Positions 1 to 11,294 are shown, counted from the first letter of the stretch. The stretch: 36,147 nucleotides of DNA from Verrucomicrobiota bacterium (GCA_003176035.1 PSRL01000048.1:1-36147), one strand, 5' to 3'. A program made the numbers and translations. The notes: generated from the letters alone by a model not told the origin.

Positions 1-362
1 TGATTGCCTTCATTGGCAACTCGCACCACTTTAAAGGAACCCCACTGCCGTTCTTCCTGAGGTCCCAAATTTTGAAATTGTGTCGGAACGGCTCTGTTTT
101 CGGGTTCCGGTGAGGCTATTGAAATATCTGACCATCCTCCCACTTGAACCGACCCATTCCCTCTCACCGGGGAACGCCGTCCCCTCTGATGTACTCTATT
201 TACTATTTCCTGAGATTCCTCAATAGCATTGTCTGAGAATTCTGAATTTTCCTCGGAAGAAGTTAAAACTCCTAAAGAATTATCGGCGTTGTATGAACCT
301 GCGTCCGGGTGGAATTTGCGAGATGATTGAGTCCCAGCCAATGCTTGCGTACTTTGCCCCAT
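1..362 (-). CDS. Hypothetical protein, partial (runs off the left edge)
   Basis: Manual translation from ATG at 362 is open to the window edge: MGQSTQALAGTQSSRKFHPDAGSYNADNSLGVLTSSEENSEFSDNAIEESQEIVNRVHQRGRRSPVRGNG... S/E-rich, no recognisable domain, preceded by AT-rich intergenic DNA. Confidence 0.5.
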   Translation of the reverse strand, partial: MGQSTQALAGTQSSRKFHPDAGSYNADNSLGVLTSSEENSEFSDNAIEESQEIVNRVHQRGRRSPVRGNGSVQVGGWSDISIASPEPENRAVPTQFQNLGPQEERQWGSFKVVRVANEGN

Positions 363-618
363 AAATTTTAAATTAAATTATGGTAACATACTCCATAAAT
401 AACTATTCTTCAATCAGGCCTGTAAAATAAAAGTACGGTATTCAAATTTTAAGCACTATGCTATTATTAGCAAATATAGTGAAAAATTAAAACGAGCATG
501 CTTTCATGATTCCCAGAAGAATCAAGGTACCGATTAGCGAAACCAAAATGGAGCCTAAGCACCCGGTTTTGTTTGAGAAAAAAATAAACATTGCTATTTT
601 TTTATCTATCAAGAGCTT

Positions 619-1761
619 TTAGCGTATCGAAGCATAACCTCCGACAACACCGTGTTTAGAAAACACAAATTGCAAAAGTTGGACATGCCGTGCACGAAAG
701 GCCCCTGCACAACTCAGTAAATAGTAGCGCCACATCCTATAAAAGCGTTCTCCGTAGGAACCCTGAAAACGAGCCCAGGATTTCCGAAAATTTCCCTCCC
801 AAGCTAAAAGGGTCTGATCGTAGCTGCTTCCAAAGTTATGTGCGTCTTCGAGGACAAATAACCCTTCGGCAGCTTTTGTGATCTGCGACACACTGGGGAG
901 CATCGAATTGGGAAAGATATAGCGTGTCAGCCACGGATTGGGGCTCATGCTTGACCGATTACTGCAGATGGTGTGACACAGAAACAAGCCGTTTTCGTGC
1001 AAACACCGATTTACGGCATCCAAGTAGCATCGGTAATTTTTGTGACCGACGTGTTCCATCATTCCGACGCTTACAGCTCGGTCAAATTTTTCCGAAATGT
1101 CACGATAATCTTGCAAACGAATTTCTATCGGCAGACCTTGACACCACTTCTGAGCATACTGCTGCTGCTGACTCGAGATGGTGATCCCCACTACTTCACA
1201 TCCATGATATTGCGCGGCGTATCTCGCTAAGCCTCCCCAGCCACAGCCAATGTCGAGTAACCGCATCCCCGGTTTGAGGCCCAACTTGCGGCAAATTAAA
1301 TCCATTTTTGCCTTTTGCGCATCCGATAGCCCACTGGATTTTAAGAAATAGGCACAGGAATATTGCATTGCGGGATCCAACATTGCCTCAAAAAAGTCGT
1401 TCCCCAAATCGTAGTGAGTCTTTCCAACCAAGCGTGCTCCGCGTTTGTTTTGAAGGTTTAGGCAAATCGACGTTACTGTTGCAATCAGAACGTGTTTGTT
1501 AAAACCAACACGTTCACTCAGTCGTGCACGAAGAACCCGAAAACAGAGCTCATCGAGAGCTTCGCAATCCCACCAGCCCTCCGTGTAAGATTCACCAAAT
1601 CCCAATGTTCCATCGGCCAGCAGACGCGCATAAAATCGGTCGTCATGCACTTGCGGATCCCAAGGGCGCTTTCCATTGACGATGACATCCGCATTCGCAA
1701 AAAGCGAGATGACTTCATTTTTTGCTCGACACGATCCCCTATTGAAGCAACAGGTTGACAT
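619..1761 (-). CDS. cfa: Cyclopropane-fatty-acyl-phospholipid synthase
   Basis: 380 aa with HYDLGNDFF, MQYSCAYF, SAM-binding LLDIGCGWGG, SVGMMEHVG, YIFP and RMWRYYL motifs typical of Cfa. Confidence 0.95.
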   Translation of the reverse strand: MSTCCFNRGSCRAKNEVISLFANADVIVNGKRPWDPQVHDDRFYARLLADGTLGFGESYTEGWWDCEALDELCFRVLRARLSERVGFNKHVLIATVTSICLNLQNKRGARLVGKTHYDLGNDFFEAMLDPAMQYSCAYFLKSSGLSDAQKAKMDLICRKLGLKPGMRLLDIGCGWGGLARYAAQYHGCEVVGITISSQQQQYAQKWCQGLPIEIRLQDYRDISEKFDRAVSVGMMEHVGHKNYRCYLDAVNRCLHENGLFLCHTICSNRSSMSPNPWLTRYIFPNSMLPSVSQITKAAEGLFVLEDAHNFGSSYDQTLLAWEGNFRKSWARFQGSYGERFYRMWRYYLLSCAGAFRARHVQLLQFVFSKHGVVGGYASIR

Positions 1762-1955
1762 GCAGGGGGGGGAGGTGAATATCGGTTACAGGGTACGCAA
1801 AAAAGTTTGCGAATGACAGTATAAAAGTTGAGGCCCTTTTCACATAAAAAATATTATACAAAAGGGGGCCCTGTTGGTGGGATCGGTTTTTTTGCTTTTA
1901 GCGTTCTTAAAAGAGTGCAATGTCAGTTACACCCTAACGAACTTACCTGGTTCTC

Positions 1956-4900
1956 ATGTCCTCTGAGAAAGATCCGATTTGGTTTCAGAACGCTGTTATC
2001 TACGAGTTGCACGTCCGTTCGTTCTACGACAGCAATGGAGACGGTATCGGCGATTTTCGCGGCTTGCGGGAAAAGCTCAGCTACTTTGAAGATTTAGGAG
2101 TCACTGCTCTTTGGCTCCTGCCATTTTACCCCTCTCCTTTGCTAGACGACGGCTATGACATTGCAGACTATCTCTCGATCCACCCAAGTTATGGGACGTT
2201 GGACGATTTTTGCGAATTTCTGCAAGAGGCCCACCGCCGAGGCTTGCGGGTGATTACGGAGCTGGTTCTCAATCATACCTCGGACCAACATCCTTGGTTT
2301 CAACGTTCTCGACTTGCTGCTCCCGGCACCCTCGAGAGGGATTTTTACACATGGAGTGATACTCCGCGTCGCTATGAGGAAGCCCGCATTCTCTTTGGTG
2401 ACTTTGAAACATCCAATTGGGCTTGGGACCCCGTTGCACAAGCCTACTATTGGCATCGATTTTATTCGCATCAACCCGATCTGAATTTTGACAATCCACT
2501 GGTTCAACAAGCCATTTTAGACACGCTGGATTTTTGGTTGGAGCTGGGCGTAGATGGATTGAGATTGGATGCTGTGCCCTATCTTTTTGCGCGTGAGGGA
2601 ACCTCCTGCGAAAACCTTCCGGAAACCCATGCCTTCCTTCGGAAGCTTCGGAAGCATATGGATCAGAAGTTTCCTTGCAGAATGCTTTTGGCAGAAGCCA
2701 ATCAATGGCCCGAGGATGCGGCTGCTTATTTCGGAAATGGCGACGAATGCCATATGGAATTTCATTTTCCGCTCATGCCCCGATTGTTCATGGCGCTTCA
2801 AATGGAGGACTGCTTTCCTCTGATCGATATTTTGGAGCAGACCCCTCCTATCCCGAAAAATTGCCAATGGGCAATTTTTCTTCGGAACCACGATGAACTC
2901 ACCTTGGAAATGGTATCGGACGAGGAACGAGATTACATGGTACGCCTTTATGCGGAAGATGTCCGGGCGCGGATCAATTTGGGCATTCGTCGTCGCCTCG
3001 CTCCATTATTGAATAACAATCGGCGCAAGATCGAACTCATGACATCTCTGCTTCTCTCATTGCCAGGAACTCCCATCTTGTATTACGGGGATGAAATTGG
3101 AATGGGTGACAACTTCTATCTCGGTGATCGAAATGGGGTTCGTACGCCGATGCAGTGGAGCGCTGACCGTAATGCAGGATTTTCCCGGGCCAATCCACAA
3201 CAGCTTTTCCTTCCCGTGATCATAGATCCGGAATTCCATTACGAGACCGTCAATGTGGATGTCCAAAAGAGGAATCTCTCCTCACTGTTTTGGTGGACAC
3301 GCAGGATACTGAGCATCCGACAGAAACACGCCGCCTTCGCTTATGGAGACATCCAATTTGTCCCGACAGAAAACTCTAAAGTGCTCGCCTACCTTCGTCG
3401 CCATGGGGACCAAATTTTGCTCGTTGTAGCAAATCTTTCCCGCTTTTCTCAGCCGGTATCCCTGGATTTGTCGGGATTTTGCGACTGGCACCCGGAGGAG
3501 CTTTTTGGCAATACTCGTTTCCCTGCAATTACAAATGCGCCATATCTCTTTACATTGGGACCGCATGGCTTTTATTGGCTTCATCTCCATAAGGCCGCGG
3601 AGCCTGGCGGCCAGGCAGGCCACGAACCTTGCTTGCTAAACGAGGCGGCGAAGTGGACGCCCGAGCTAGAATATCAGCTCGAGCACAATGTCCTGCCACG
3701 GTATATCCGGGAGTGCCGTTGGTTTGGCGAAAAGCAACGGCTTTTCCGAGAAGCAAAAATCGTAGCCAGTTTCTCGCCGGACGACTCCGAATTGCGCATC
3801 CTTTTGGTAGAAATCACATTCACGCAGGGACGGCCAGCCACTTACGTCCTGCCGGTACTCATCGCTAAGAAAAGTGATACCAATGGGAGTCCCCAGGCTG
3901 CCATTGCTCGGTTTGCGAGTGGAGAATTTTTATGGGATGCCATTCATGTCGAAAAAATGCGTCAACGCCTTCTCAGACTTATTTTAAAAGAAGAAACGTG
4001 GCGTTCCGGAACGTGTCAACTCATTGGTCTCGCAAAGAATGCGATCCAAATCGAGACTTCGGTATCCCGATTGCTAGGAGGTGAACAATCAAATTCAACA
4101 ATTGTTTTCAGCGATCAGCTCAATCTGAAACTCATTCGTCATTATGAAGCGGGCCCCCATCCCGACACTGACCTCCTCAAGGTATTAGAAGAACAAAATT
4201 TCCCGCATGTGCCACGTTATCGCGGTGAAATTCTCTGTATGAAAGACGGACGCCAAGGAACCATCGGATTGCTGACCTCCTATGTCCCAAATCAAGGCGA
4301 CGCCTGGACATACACCGTGGACGCCCTCAGCCGATATTTTGAACAAGCGCTGGCCCTTTCCTCCGTAGAGGAGAGAGAAAAAATGTTTCCTGAATTGATG
4401 GCGGGCTATCCTGAGCGTGCTCGACAACTAGGAGTACGCACAGGAGAATTGCACCATTGTTTGGGGAAACTCTCCGGAAAGGACTTCGCTCCGGAATCTT
4501 TCACTAGCTTTTATCAGCGCTCCCTCTATCAAACATTGCGAAGCATGGCACGCCGAACGGAATTTGAGCTCGCCCGAAAAGCTCCCAGCCTCTCCTCTCC
4601 ATCCCTACGAGACAACGCCAAAACATGGATTTCAGAAGGGCCCCGTTTACTTGCTTTTTATCGCGGACTTCTGGATCGGAAAATCTTTGCCAAAAAGATT
4701 CGTGTGCACGGAGACTATCATTTGGGGCAAGTACTCAACACCGGAAAGGATTTTATCATATTAGATTTTGAAGGAGAGCCGCGTCGAACTTTAGGAGAGC
4801 GCCTTCTCAAACGTGCACCGCTTGTAGACATCGCGGGTATGCTTCGCTCATTTGATTATGCCATCCAAGCTGCGCTGACGAACAACCGTTCCGAGGACCA

Positions 4901-5201
4901 GGTCCAGTTGGCACCTTGGGCTAAGCTGTGGAGAGAAATGATCGTGTCAGAGTTTCTGGACGGATATTTGGCCGGTATCAAAGACAGCACATTACTTCCA
5001 CAAAATCCGGACGATTTTGTCTTTTTGCTCAATGTTTTTCTTCTGGATAAGGCAATTTACGAGATTGGTTACGAGTTGCATTATCGTCCCGATCAACTCA
5101 GCGTCCCACTGCAAGCCGCTCTTCATCTCATTCAAAATTTGGAAGATAATAAATTAATCAGCCAAATATTTAATCGATTTAGCGAAACTCAGAAATCTTG
5201 A
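1956..5201 (+). CDS. treS: Trehalose synthase (maltose alpha-D-glucosyltransferase) fused to maltokinase (TreS-Mak/Pep2)
   Basis: GH13 N-terminal part with [29 protein letters not shown]-terminal kinase-like domain with [33 protein letters not shown]. Confidence 0.95.
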   Translation: MSSEKDPIWFQNAVIYELHVRSFYDSNGDGIGDFRGLREKLSYFEDLGVTALWLLPFYPSPLLDDGYDIADYLSIHPSYGTLDDFCEFLQEAHRRGLRVITELVLNHTSDQHPWFQRSRLAAPGTLERDFYTWSDTPRRYEEARILFGDFETSNWAWDPVAQAYYWHRFYSHQPDLNFDNPLVQQAILDTLDFWLELGVDGLRLDAVPYLFAREGTSCENLPETHAFLRKLRKHMDQKFPCRMLLAEANQWPEDAAAYFGNGDECHMEFHFPLMPRLFMALQMEDCFPLIDILEQTPPIPKNCQWAIFLRNHDELTLEMVSDEERDYMVRLYAEDVRARINLGIRRRLAPLLNNNRRKIELMTSLLLSLPGTPILYYGDEIGMGDNFYLGDRNGVRTPMQWSADRNAGFSRANPQQLFLPVIIDPEFHYETVNVDVQKRNLSSLFWWTRRILSIRQKHAAFAYGDIQFVPTENSKVLAYLRRHGDQILLVVANLSRFSQPVSLDLSGFCDWHPEELFGNTRFPAITNAPYLFTLGPHGFYWLHLHKAAEPGGQAGHEPCLLNEAAKWTPELEYQLEHNVLPRYIRECRWFGEKQRLFREAKIVASFSPDDSELRILLVEITFTQGRPATYVLPVLIAKKSDTNGSPQAAIARFASGEFLWDAIHVEKMRQRLLRLILKEETWRSGTCQLIGLAKNAIQIETSVSRLLGGEQSNSTIVFSDQLNLKLIRHYEAGPHPDTDLLKVLEEQNFPHVPRYRGEILCMKDGRQGTIGLLTSYVPNQGDAWTYTVDALSRYFEQALALSSVEEREKMFPELMAGYPERARQLGVRTGELHHCLGKLSGKDFAPESFTSFYQRSLYQTLRSMARRTEFELARKAPSLSSPSLRDNAKTWISEGPRLLAFYRGLLDRKIFAKKIRVHGDYHLGQVLNTGKDFIILDFEGEPRRTLGERLLKRAPLVDIAGMLRSFDYAIQAALTNNRSEDQVQLAPWAKLWREMIVSEFLDGYLAGIKDSTLLPQNPDDFVFLLNVFLLDKAIYEIGYELHYRPDQLSVPLQAALHLIQNLEDNKLISQIFNRFSETQKS

Positions 5202-5203
5202 AA

Positions 5204-6472
5204 TCAAGCGGAAGGTCCACTATTTAAATGCGCCTCGATTTCAGAAGAACTGAGTTCTGTTATCGAAATCCGTTGGTCTATGTCCAGCAAATCAGGTTCA
5301 TACTGACCCTCGGGCATCCGTAGGTCTTCCATCAGCACATCCATTACATACTCACCCTCAGCCTCAGACCTCAAAGGTTTTGCTGAAGTGGAAGATTCCT
5401 CCGGGAGTTCAGAGGGAGTGCCTGCTGCCTTCGGCTCGGCATCCTTCTCTTCGCATAGCAGCACCATGTTATACAACGTATCTGTATAATCATTTCCATC
5501 ATCCATAATTGTGGCAAGGAACGCTTCGTCATTCATAATTGTGGCCAGGAAAGCTTCATCGTGCATAATTGTTGCAAGAGGATTTTCCGACTGAGGATCT
5601 GATATCACCTTGTTCGATAACTCCGGATTTAACTCGCTCTGCGAATTTAGCGCGTTCTGATGAGAACCAGAACTCTCAGCATCTTCTACGGGCTCACTTT
5701 GCCGGAATTGAGCCTTCTCAGGCGAGCCAATGGAACTTGTCGCGGTGGAAGTTGCCACATCACCATCCGATTTTTGTGTTTGTTTCTGGTATTCCTCCCA
5801 ATCCGTCCGATATGCCTGCAACTCCTCCAAACGTCTGTCGTAGTTAGGCTTTCTCTCACGCGAAACCAGCGCCCTTTGTTCCTTTATCCAAAATTCGACT
5901 TCATCAAAATTACCCTCGGCCTTCTTGATTTTTGCTAATAACCTAGAGCGACATCCTCGTTGTTCTAGCCAAGCTTTGAGTTTGCTTTTTTCAACTGAAT
6001 TTAGCACACCAATATTTGGTTTTTGTGCTATTATTTTCTGGTATCGCTCCCACATTTTCTCATATTTTCGCAGCCTTGTTAACTCGCTACTGTTACGTTG
6101 GAGTATTCCAACTTTTTTTATTTCTTCCGCTACCTTGCGTTTGGCCTCCTTAAAATCTCCCCCAGCTTGTTCGATTTTTTCCGCTAACTCAGACACACCT
6201 CTTCCTTTCAGCCAAGTTATGAGTCCAGTGTTTTTAATTGAAGGGTGTTTCGGTTCATCCTGCGAAGTGGAAGGGGCATCCTTATGATGCGTTTCCGCTG
6301 AGGTTGAAGCGTTTTTCATTTGCCAGCCTATTTCCTTGGCTTGATCTTTTGTAGCGGATTGCGCTGGAATTCGAGGAGAGGAAGAGGTTGATTGTCGAAA
6401 GGGGCTTCGTTTAGGATATGGATTTTCAATTCGATTGATGCGGCGTGAGGTTTTGATTTGGTGTAACTGCAT
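5204..6472 (-). CDS. Orphan hypothetical protein with two internal ~65-aa repeats and an acidic low-complexity C-terminus
   Basis: 422-aa ORF that fills the treS-treY gap on the opposite strand. Repeats visible at about aa 84-146 and 165-230. Confidence 0.7.
   Translation of the reverse strand: MQLHQIKTSRRINRIENPYPKRSPFRQSTSSSPRIPAQSATKDQAKEIGWQMKNASTSAETHHKDAPSTSQDEPKHPSIKNTGLITWLKGRGVSELAEKIEQAGGDFKEAKRKVAEEIKKVGILQRNSSELTRLRKYEKMWERYQKIIAQKPNIGVLNSVEKSKLKAWLEQRGCRSRLLAKIKKAEGNFDEVEFWIKEQRALVSRERKPNYDRRLEELQAYRTDWEEYQKQTQKSDGDVATSTATSSIGSPEKAQFRQSEPVEDAESSGSHQNALNSQSELNPELSNKVISDPQSENPLATIMHDEAFLATIMNDEAFLATIMDDGNDYTDTLYNMVLLCEEKDAEPKAAGTPSELPEESSTSAKPLRSEAEGEYVMDVLMEDLRMPEGQYEPDLLDIDQRISITELSSSEIEAHLNSGPSA
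5498..5578 (-). repeat. In-frame 30-bp tandem repeat (~2.7 copies)
   Basis: cataattgt(g/t)gc recurs with period 30 and encodes LATIMHDEAF-LATIMNDEAF-LATIMDD. Confidence 0.9.
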
Positions 6473-6671
6473 TTGCTAAATTTTTCGCTAAAGCCAAATT
6501 CTTCCAAAGCTTTTGTGTGCTGATATTCACCCATCTCTCTTTGGGCGAAAACCACCCACTAAACTTCTTCGACTTTCTCAAAGACACTTTCTCCTCGCCC
6601 CCAATATGAGAAAATTTTAGAGTGTCGCTTCCACTCCTTATCCATGCCCGACCAGACCGCACATATTCAGT

Positions 6672-9533
6672 ATGGAACAAAATTTGAACCCAAGTCACCC
6701 TAGTGCAGCTCCACAGAGGGTGGGATGTCCGCGCATTCCATCCGCAACCTATCGATTGCAATTTCATAGCGGATTCACCTTTCGGAATGCGGTGGGAATT
6801 TTGGATTACTTAAATGAACTGGGAATTAGCGACATATATGCCTCACCCTATTTTCAGGCGGGGATAGAAAGCACGCACGGATATGACGTCGCAGACCACA
6901 ATGCATTGAATCCCGCAGTGGGAAATAAATTGGAATACCAACAATTTGTTACCGAATTGCGCCGTCATAGCATGGGCCAGCTGCTTGATTTTGTTCCAAA
7001 CCACATGGGTATTAGCGAGTCTTTGAATCAATGGTGGATGGACGTTTTGGAAAACGGGCCCGCTTCAGTTTATGCGGATTATTTCGATATAGACTGGCAC
7101 CCCCGGAAAGAAGTCCTTGCGGATAAGGTGCTCCTACCAATTCTTGGGGAGCGTTATGGTCGCATATTGGAAAACTCCGAACTCATCCTGGAGCGAGAAG
7201 GCGGGCTTTTTTTTGTGCGATATTCTTCCGCTAAACTCCCAATTAATCCGCGAACTTTTCCCATCATTCTGCGAAGAAGCCTGCACCATTTGCAAAGCAA
7301 TGATTTAAATCAAATGCTCGAAATCATCGAGCAATTGACTTTGCCATCCACGGAGGAAATTGCTCGCGCTAAATTAAGCTTAGCAAATTTCATTGCGCAA
7401 AATCCAGCGGTGAGGCGAGCCATTGATTTGGCAGTTCTGGAATTTCAAGGAACCGTGGGGGTACCTGAGAGTTTCGATGCCTTGCATGAACTCTTGGAAT
7501 GTCAATCTTATCGGCTTGCTTACTGGCGAGTGGCCGCTGAGGAAATCAACTATCGCCGTTTTTTCGACATCAATCATTTGGCAGCTATTCGGGTTGAAAT
7601 TCCGGAAGTTTTTGAGGCCGCTCACCACCTGGTTTTTCAACTGTTAGCAGATGGCAGCGTTTCCGGCCTGCGGATCGATCACATTGATGGTCTGTGGAAT
7701 CCGAAGGAGTATCTCGTACGCCTACAAGAGAACTATGCTGCTCTCGCTCACACCGCGCAAAACCCTCAAGCCCTTTATTTGATCGTGGAGAAAATTCTGG
7801 AAATTGCTTATGAGCAACTCCCTGCTGATTGGCCTATCTCTGGCACCACAGGCTATGAATTTGCAAATCAAATCACTCATTTGCTCATTGACGCAGCCTC
7901 CGTGCAGTCCTTTACGGAGATCTATCAAGACATTGTTGGGGTGACTGATACGTTCTCCAATTTAGTTTATGAAAAAAAGTGTTGGGTGATGGAAACCTCA
8001 TTTGAAAGCGAGATCGTTGCGCTAGCGCGGCAATTGGATGGACTTTCCGAATTCTATCGCACCTATCGCGACTGCACTCGCAATGTTCTCATGAACGCAA
8101 TTCGACAGGTGATCGCTTGTTTCCCTGTTTATCGAACTTATGCAACGGAACATCGTCCGCCCTGCGAATCGGAAAAACATATCATCCTTCGTGCGATTTC
8201 TTTGGCTCGTCGCAAAAACCCAGCGATAGACAAAACTGTTTTTGATTTCCTTCGTGATGTTCTTTTAATGGGCTTTCCGGAAAATTGCGCACTTGAGCAG
8301 CGGAAAGCACATGTCCGGTTTGTTATGAGGTTCCAGCAATGTACCGGACCGGTAGCAGCAAAGGGCCTGGAAGACACTGTATTTTATCTTTATAACCGAT
8401 TAATCGCACTGAACGAAGTTGGCGGGAATCCTGGCAATTTTGGTTTGAGTACTTCCGAGTTTCATCAATTAAATCTTGAGCGTACCGTCCGAACCCCTCA
8501 CACCCTGCTCGGGACATCCACTCATGATACCAAACGAAGCGAGGATGTTCGCCTTCGGATCGCCGCACTTTCAGAGATGCCTCTCCAGTGGCGGAAAGCC
8601 ATTCGTCGCTGGATGCGGATGAACCGCAAATTTCGAACAATGATAGATGGGGAGCCCGCCCCCTCACCTAACGAAGAATACTTCCTTTATCAGACTCTAG
8701 TTGGATGTTGGCCATTTGAGCTGACCCCAAAAAACCGCGATGATTTTACCACCCGAATCCAACAGTACTTGATAAAAGCACTAAAAGAAGGAAAGGTAAA
8801 TAGCAGCTGGACTGAACCCAATGAAGAATGGGAACAGGCTGTCACGCAATTTATCGCAAAAATTTTGGATCCTAAAACCGGGGCTCCTTTCCAAAAGACA
8901 CTCATGCCGCTCGCTGAAGAGGTAGCGCACCTCGGCGCTTGGAATTCTCTCACCGAGACTGTTCTGAAATGCACGCTTCCGGGCGTTCCGGATTTTTATC
9001 AAGGAACTGAAATTTGGGACTTCAGTCTCGTGGATCCAGACAACCGAAGACCAGTGGATTATTCTTTGCGGAAACGCCTGCTCAAATCAATTGCCAGCGC
9101 CTCTCCCGAGGAACTGATCTTCGATTGGAAAAGTGGCCGCATCAAATTGTTTGTCATTCAGCGGCTCTTGCAATTTCGCCGAGCCCACGAGGAGTTTTTT
9201 CGTATGGCGGATTATCTTCCGGTATTTCTCCAGGGTCCAAAAACGGATCATCTCATTACTTTTTTGCGCATGTATCAGGACACCGCCCTGCTGGTAGTCG
9301 TCCCGCGGCTCACCAGCAGATTAGGACCGGTTCCGATTGATCAGGTCTGGAATGAAACAAAACTCTATCTGGAAAGCCTCCCCGGAACCTGGACTGATAT
9401 TTTCACCGACAAAATTCATGCTTTTTCACAGCGAGAAGCTCTCATCTCCAATATTCTGTCCTCATTTCCCTTCGCCGTGCTGTCTCGAGAGAAAAAGGAG
9501 CCCCGGCCGGGAGAAACGAATGGTTTTTCCTAA
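6672..9533 (+). CDS. treY: Malto-oligosyltrehalose synthase
   Basis: ATYRLQF, STHGYDV, DFVPNHMG, NYRRFFDI, GLRIDHIDGL, STHDTKRSEDVR, SLVDPDNRRPVDY. Confidence 0.95.
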   Translation: MEQNLNPSHPSAAPQRVGCPRIPSATYRLQFHSGFTFRNAVGILDYLNELGISDIYASPYFQAGIESTHGYDVADHNALNPAVGNKLEYQQFVTELRRHSMGQLLDFVPNHMGISESLNQWWMDVLENGPASVYADYFDIDWHPRKEVLADKVLLPILGERYGRILENSELILEREGGLFFVRYSSAKLPINPRTFPIILRRSLHHLQSNDLNQMLEIIEQLTLPSTEEIARAKLSLANFIAQNPAVRRAIDLAVLEFQGTVGVPESFDALHELLECQSYRLAYWRVAAEEINYRRFFDINHLAAIRVEIPEVFEAAHHLVFQLLADGSVSGLRIDHIDGLWNPKEYLVRLQENYAALAHTAQNPQALYLIVEKILEIAYEQLPADWPISGTTGYEFANQITHLLIDAASVQSFTEIYQDIVGVTDTFSNLVYEKKCWVMETSFESEIVALARQLDGLSEFYRTYRDCTRNVLMNAIRQVIACFPVYRTYATEHRPPCESEKHIILRAISLARRKNPAIDKTVFDFLRDVLLMGFPENCALEQRKAHVRFVMRFQQCTGPVAAKGLEDTVFYLYNRLIALNEVGGNPGNFGLSTSEFHQLNLERTVRTPHTLLGTSTHDTKRSEDVRLRIAALSEMPLQWRKAIRRWMRMNRKFRTMIDGEPAPSPNEEYFLYQTLVGCWPFELTPKNRDDFTTRIQQYLIKALKEGKVNSSWTEPNEEWEQAVTQFIAKILDPKTGAPFQKTLMPLAEEVAHLGAWNSLTETVLKCTLPGVPDFYQGTEIWDFSLVDPDNRRPVDYSLRKRLLKSIASASPEELIFDWKSGRIKLFVIQRLLQFRRAHEEFFRMADYLPVFLQGPKTDHLITFLRMYQDTALLVVVPRLTSRLGPVPIDQVWNETKLYLESLPGTWTDIFTDKIHAFSQREALISNILSSFPFAVLSREKKEPRPGETNGFS

Positions 9534-11294
9534 TGGGTCGAAGTCGATTTTTTGGTCCCCTCCGAAGCGCTTCTCTTCCGTGGAAAGCAGAATCGCCCAC
9601 TCCCCCCCAGGGGTCTCCAATGGGCCAGCGTGATTTCCTAAAAGATCAAAAACAGTGAGATACTCAGTTTTCTGAGAGAGATAATGGATCGTACCAGCTC
9701 CCCAGGGGAGGCTCTTGACGGACCACCCCTCTCGGCCGACGGGGCGTAATGCGCCGATTTTCTTTCTCAGATGCAAACACTCGGAATAGAGTGCACAAAC
9801 TTGTGCGTGCTCGCCTTGCTCACTTTCCGCCCACTGCAACTTAGATTGAAGGAAGGAAGTATCGGCCTGCGGGTCGGGAATTATTTGCTTTGTAAACTCG
9901 GCAAATTCGGAGAATTCCTGCTGCCGGCCTTTTGTGACTTCAGCTCCAAACTCAGCATCGTGGTCGGTAAAATAGAGAAATGGCGTGCTGGCGGCCCATT
10001 CCTGTCCCATAAAAATGAGCGGAGTATAGGGCGAGAGACAGAGAAGTGCGGAAAGGGTGCGGTATGCGGGGGCTGAAATGAGTTGAGAGAGTCGGGTTCC
10101 AAAAGCGTGGTTTCCCGTTTGGTCATGGTTGGAGATGCAGTGGATAAACCTCTCGGGCAGGAGGTGCTTACAGGGCGTCCCTCTCGACAGGCCTTGTCTC
10201 TGCGAAATCTGACCTTGATAAAGCCAGCCACAGTCCAATGTCGAAATGGCTTCCGAGAGCGATCCTTTGTAATCTGAGAAATAACCTGATTTTTCATGGG
10301 TTTGGCCAACCCTGAGGGTGTGATGAAAATCATCCGCCCACACAGCGTCGAACCCCATGCCGCCGGTCTCAACCGACTCCAGCAGGAAACTCACATTTCG
10401 TTCATCTTCGGCAATGGCATAGCCGCCTTGTTGATGAACTGCTGTTGTCATCTCAGCTAAGATGTGAGGATGAGAATTGTCACGGATCTCGTGGGTGGCA
10501 TCAAATCGGAAACCGTCGATATGAAATTCCTCCATCCAATAAAGCGGATTGTTCACAAAATATTCTCGAACAGGACCGCACTGCGTGGAATCGAAATTCA
10601 GCGAATCCCCCCAGGGGGTCAGATGTTCTGGGTTAAAGTAGTGGGAGGTGAAACAGCTCAGATAATTTCCGCGCGGCCCAAAGTGATTGTAGATGACGTC
10701 GAGGATGACAGCCAGCCCATTTGAATGGGCGCTATCCACTAAGTCCCGAAGCTCATCCGGCGATCCATAGCATCGCGCCGGTGCATAGGGAAGAACTCCA
10801 TCATATCCCCAATTTCTTCCGCCGGGGAAATCGCCGATAGGCATGATTTCTATGGCTGTTATGCCGAGTCGCTTCAAGTGATCCAACCGCTCGATGGCGC
10901 TTCGAAACGTCCCCTCGGAAGTAAAAGTCCCTATATGCAGCTCGTAAATCACCAGGTCTCGAAACCGCGGCCGCCGCCAACTCCGGTCCCGCCAGCGATA
11001 ACCTCTCCAATTCACCACCAGAGAACGCCCCTCAACGCCCGCCTGTTGGCCTCGGGATACAGGATCGGCAAACCGCCCTTTTCCTTCCAGATGGTAAAGG
11101 TAAGCGTAGCCCGCCTGTCCCTCTTCGTCCACTCCCATATAGTATCCATGGGCCTGCCGTTCTAAGGAAAGTATTTTGATAGGCTTGCAGTTAACAGGCT
11201 GGATTTCGACCTGAACAGATTGGACCGCCGGCGCCCACACTCGATAGGCAACCCCATGGGGGTGAACTGTAGCTCCAAGTGGAAAAGTGGACAA
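9462..11294 (-). CDS. treZ: Malto-oligosyltrehalose trehalohydrolase
   Basis: RVWAP, YELHIGTF, NWGYDG, YNHFGP, GFRFDATH, AEDE, NHDQ, FMGQEW. Start placed at TTG 11294, 7 nt after GGAGG (the ORF track extends it to 11318). Confidence 0.93.
   Translation of the reverse strand: MSTFPLGATVHPHGVAYRVWAPAVQSVQVEIQPVNCKPIKILSLERQAHGYYMGVDEEGQAGYAYLYHLEGKGRFADPVSRGQQAGVEGRSLVVNWRGYRWRDRSWRRPRFRDLVIYELHIGTFTSEGTFRSAIERLDHLKRLGITAIEIMPIGDFPGGRNWGYDGVLPYAPARCYGSPDELRDLVDSAHSNGLAVILDVIYNHFGPRGNYLSCFTSHYFNPEHLTPWGDSLNFDSTQCGPVREYFVNNPLYWMEEFHIDGFRFDATHEIRDNSHPHILAEMTTAVHQQGGYAIAEDERNVSFLLESVETGGMGFDAVWADDFHHTLRVGQTHEKSGYFSDYKGSLSEAISTLDCGWLYQGQISQRQGLSRGTPCKHLLPERFIHCISNHDQTGNHAFGTRLSQLISAPAYRTLSALLCLSPYTPLIFMGQEWAASTPFLYFTDHDAEFGAEVTKGRQQEFSEFAEFTKQIIPDPQADTSFLQSKLQWAESEQGEHAQVCALYSECLHLRKKIGALRPVGREGWSVKSLPWGAGTIHYLSQKTEYLTVFDLLGNHAGPLETPGGEWAILLSTEEKRFGGDQKIDFDPLGKTIRFSRPGLLFLSRQHGEGK

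Noticed and set aside
1765-1772. G8 tract just upstream of the cfa start as a phase-variation site
   Set aside because: Short, outside the annotated coding frame, and variability cannot be seen from one sequence.
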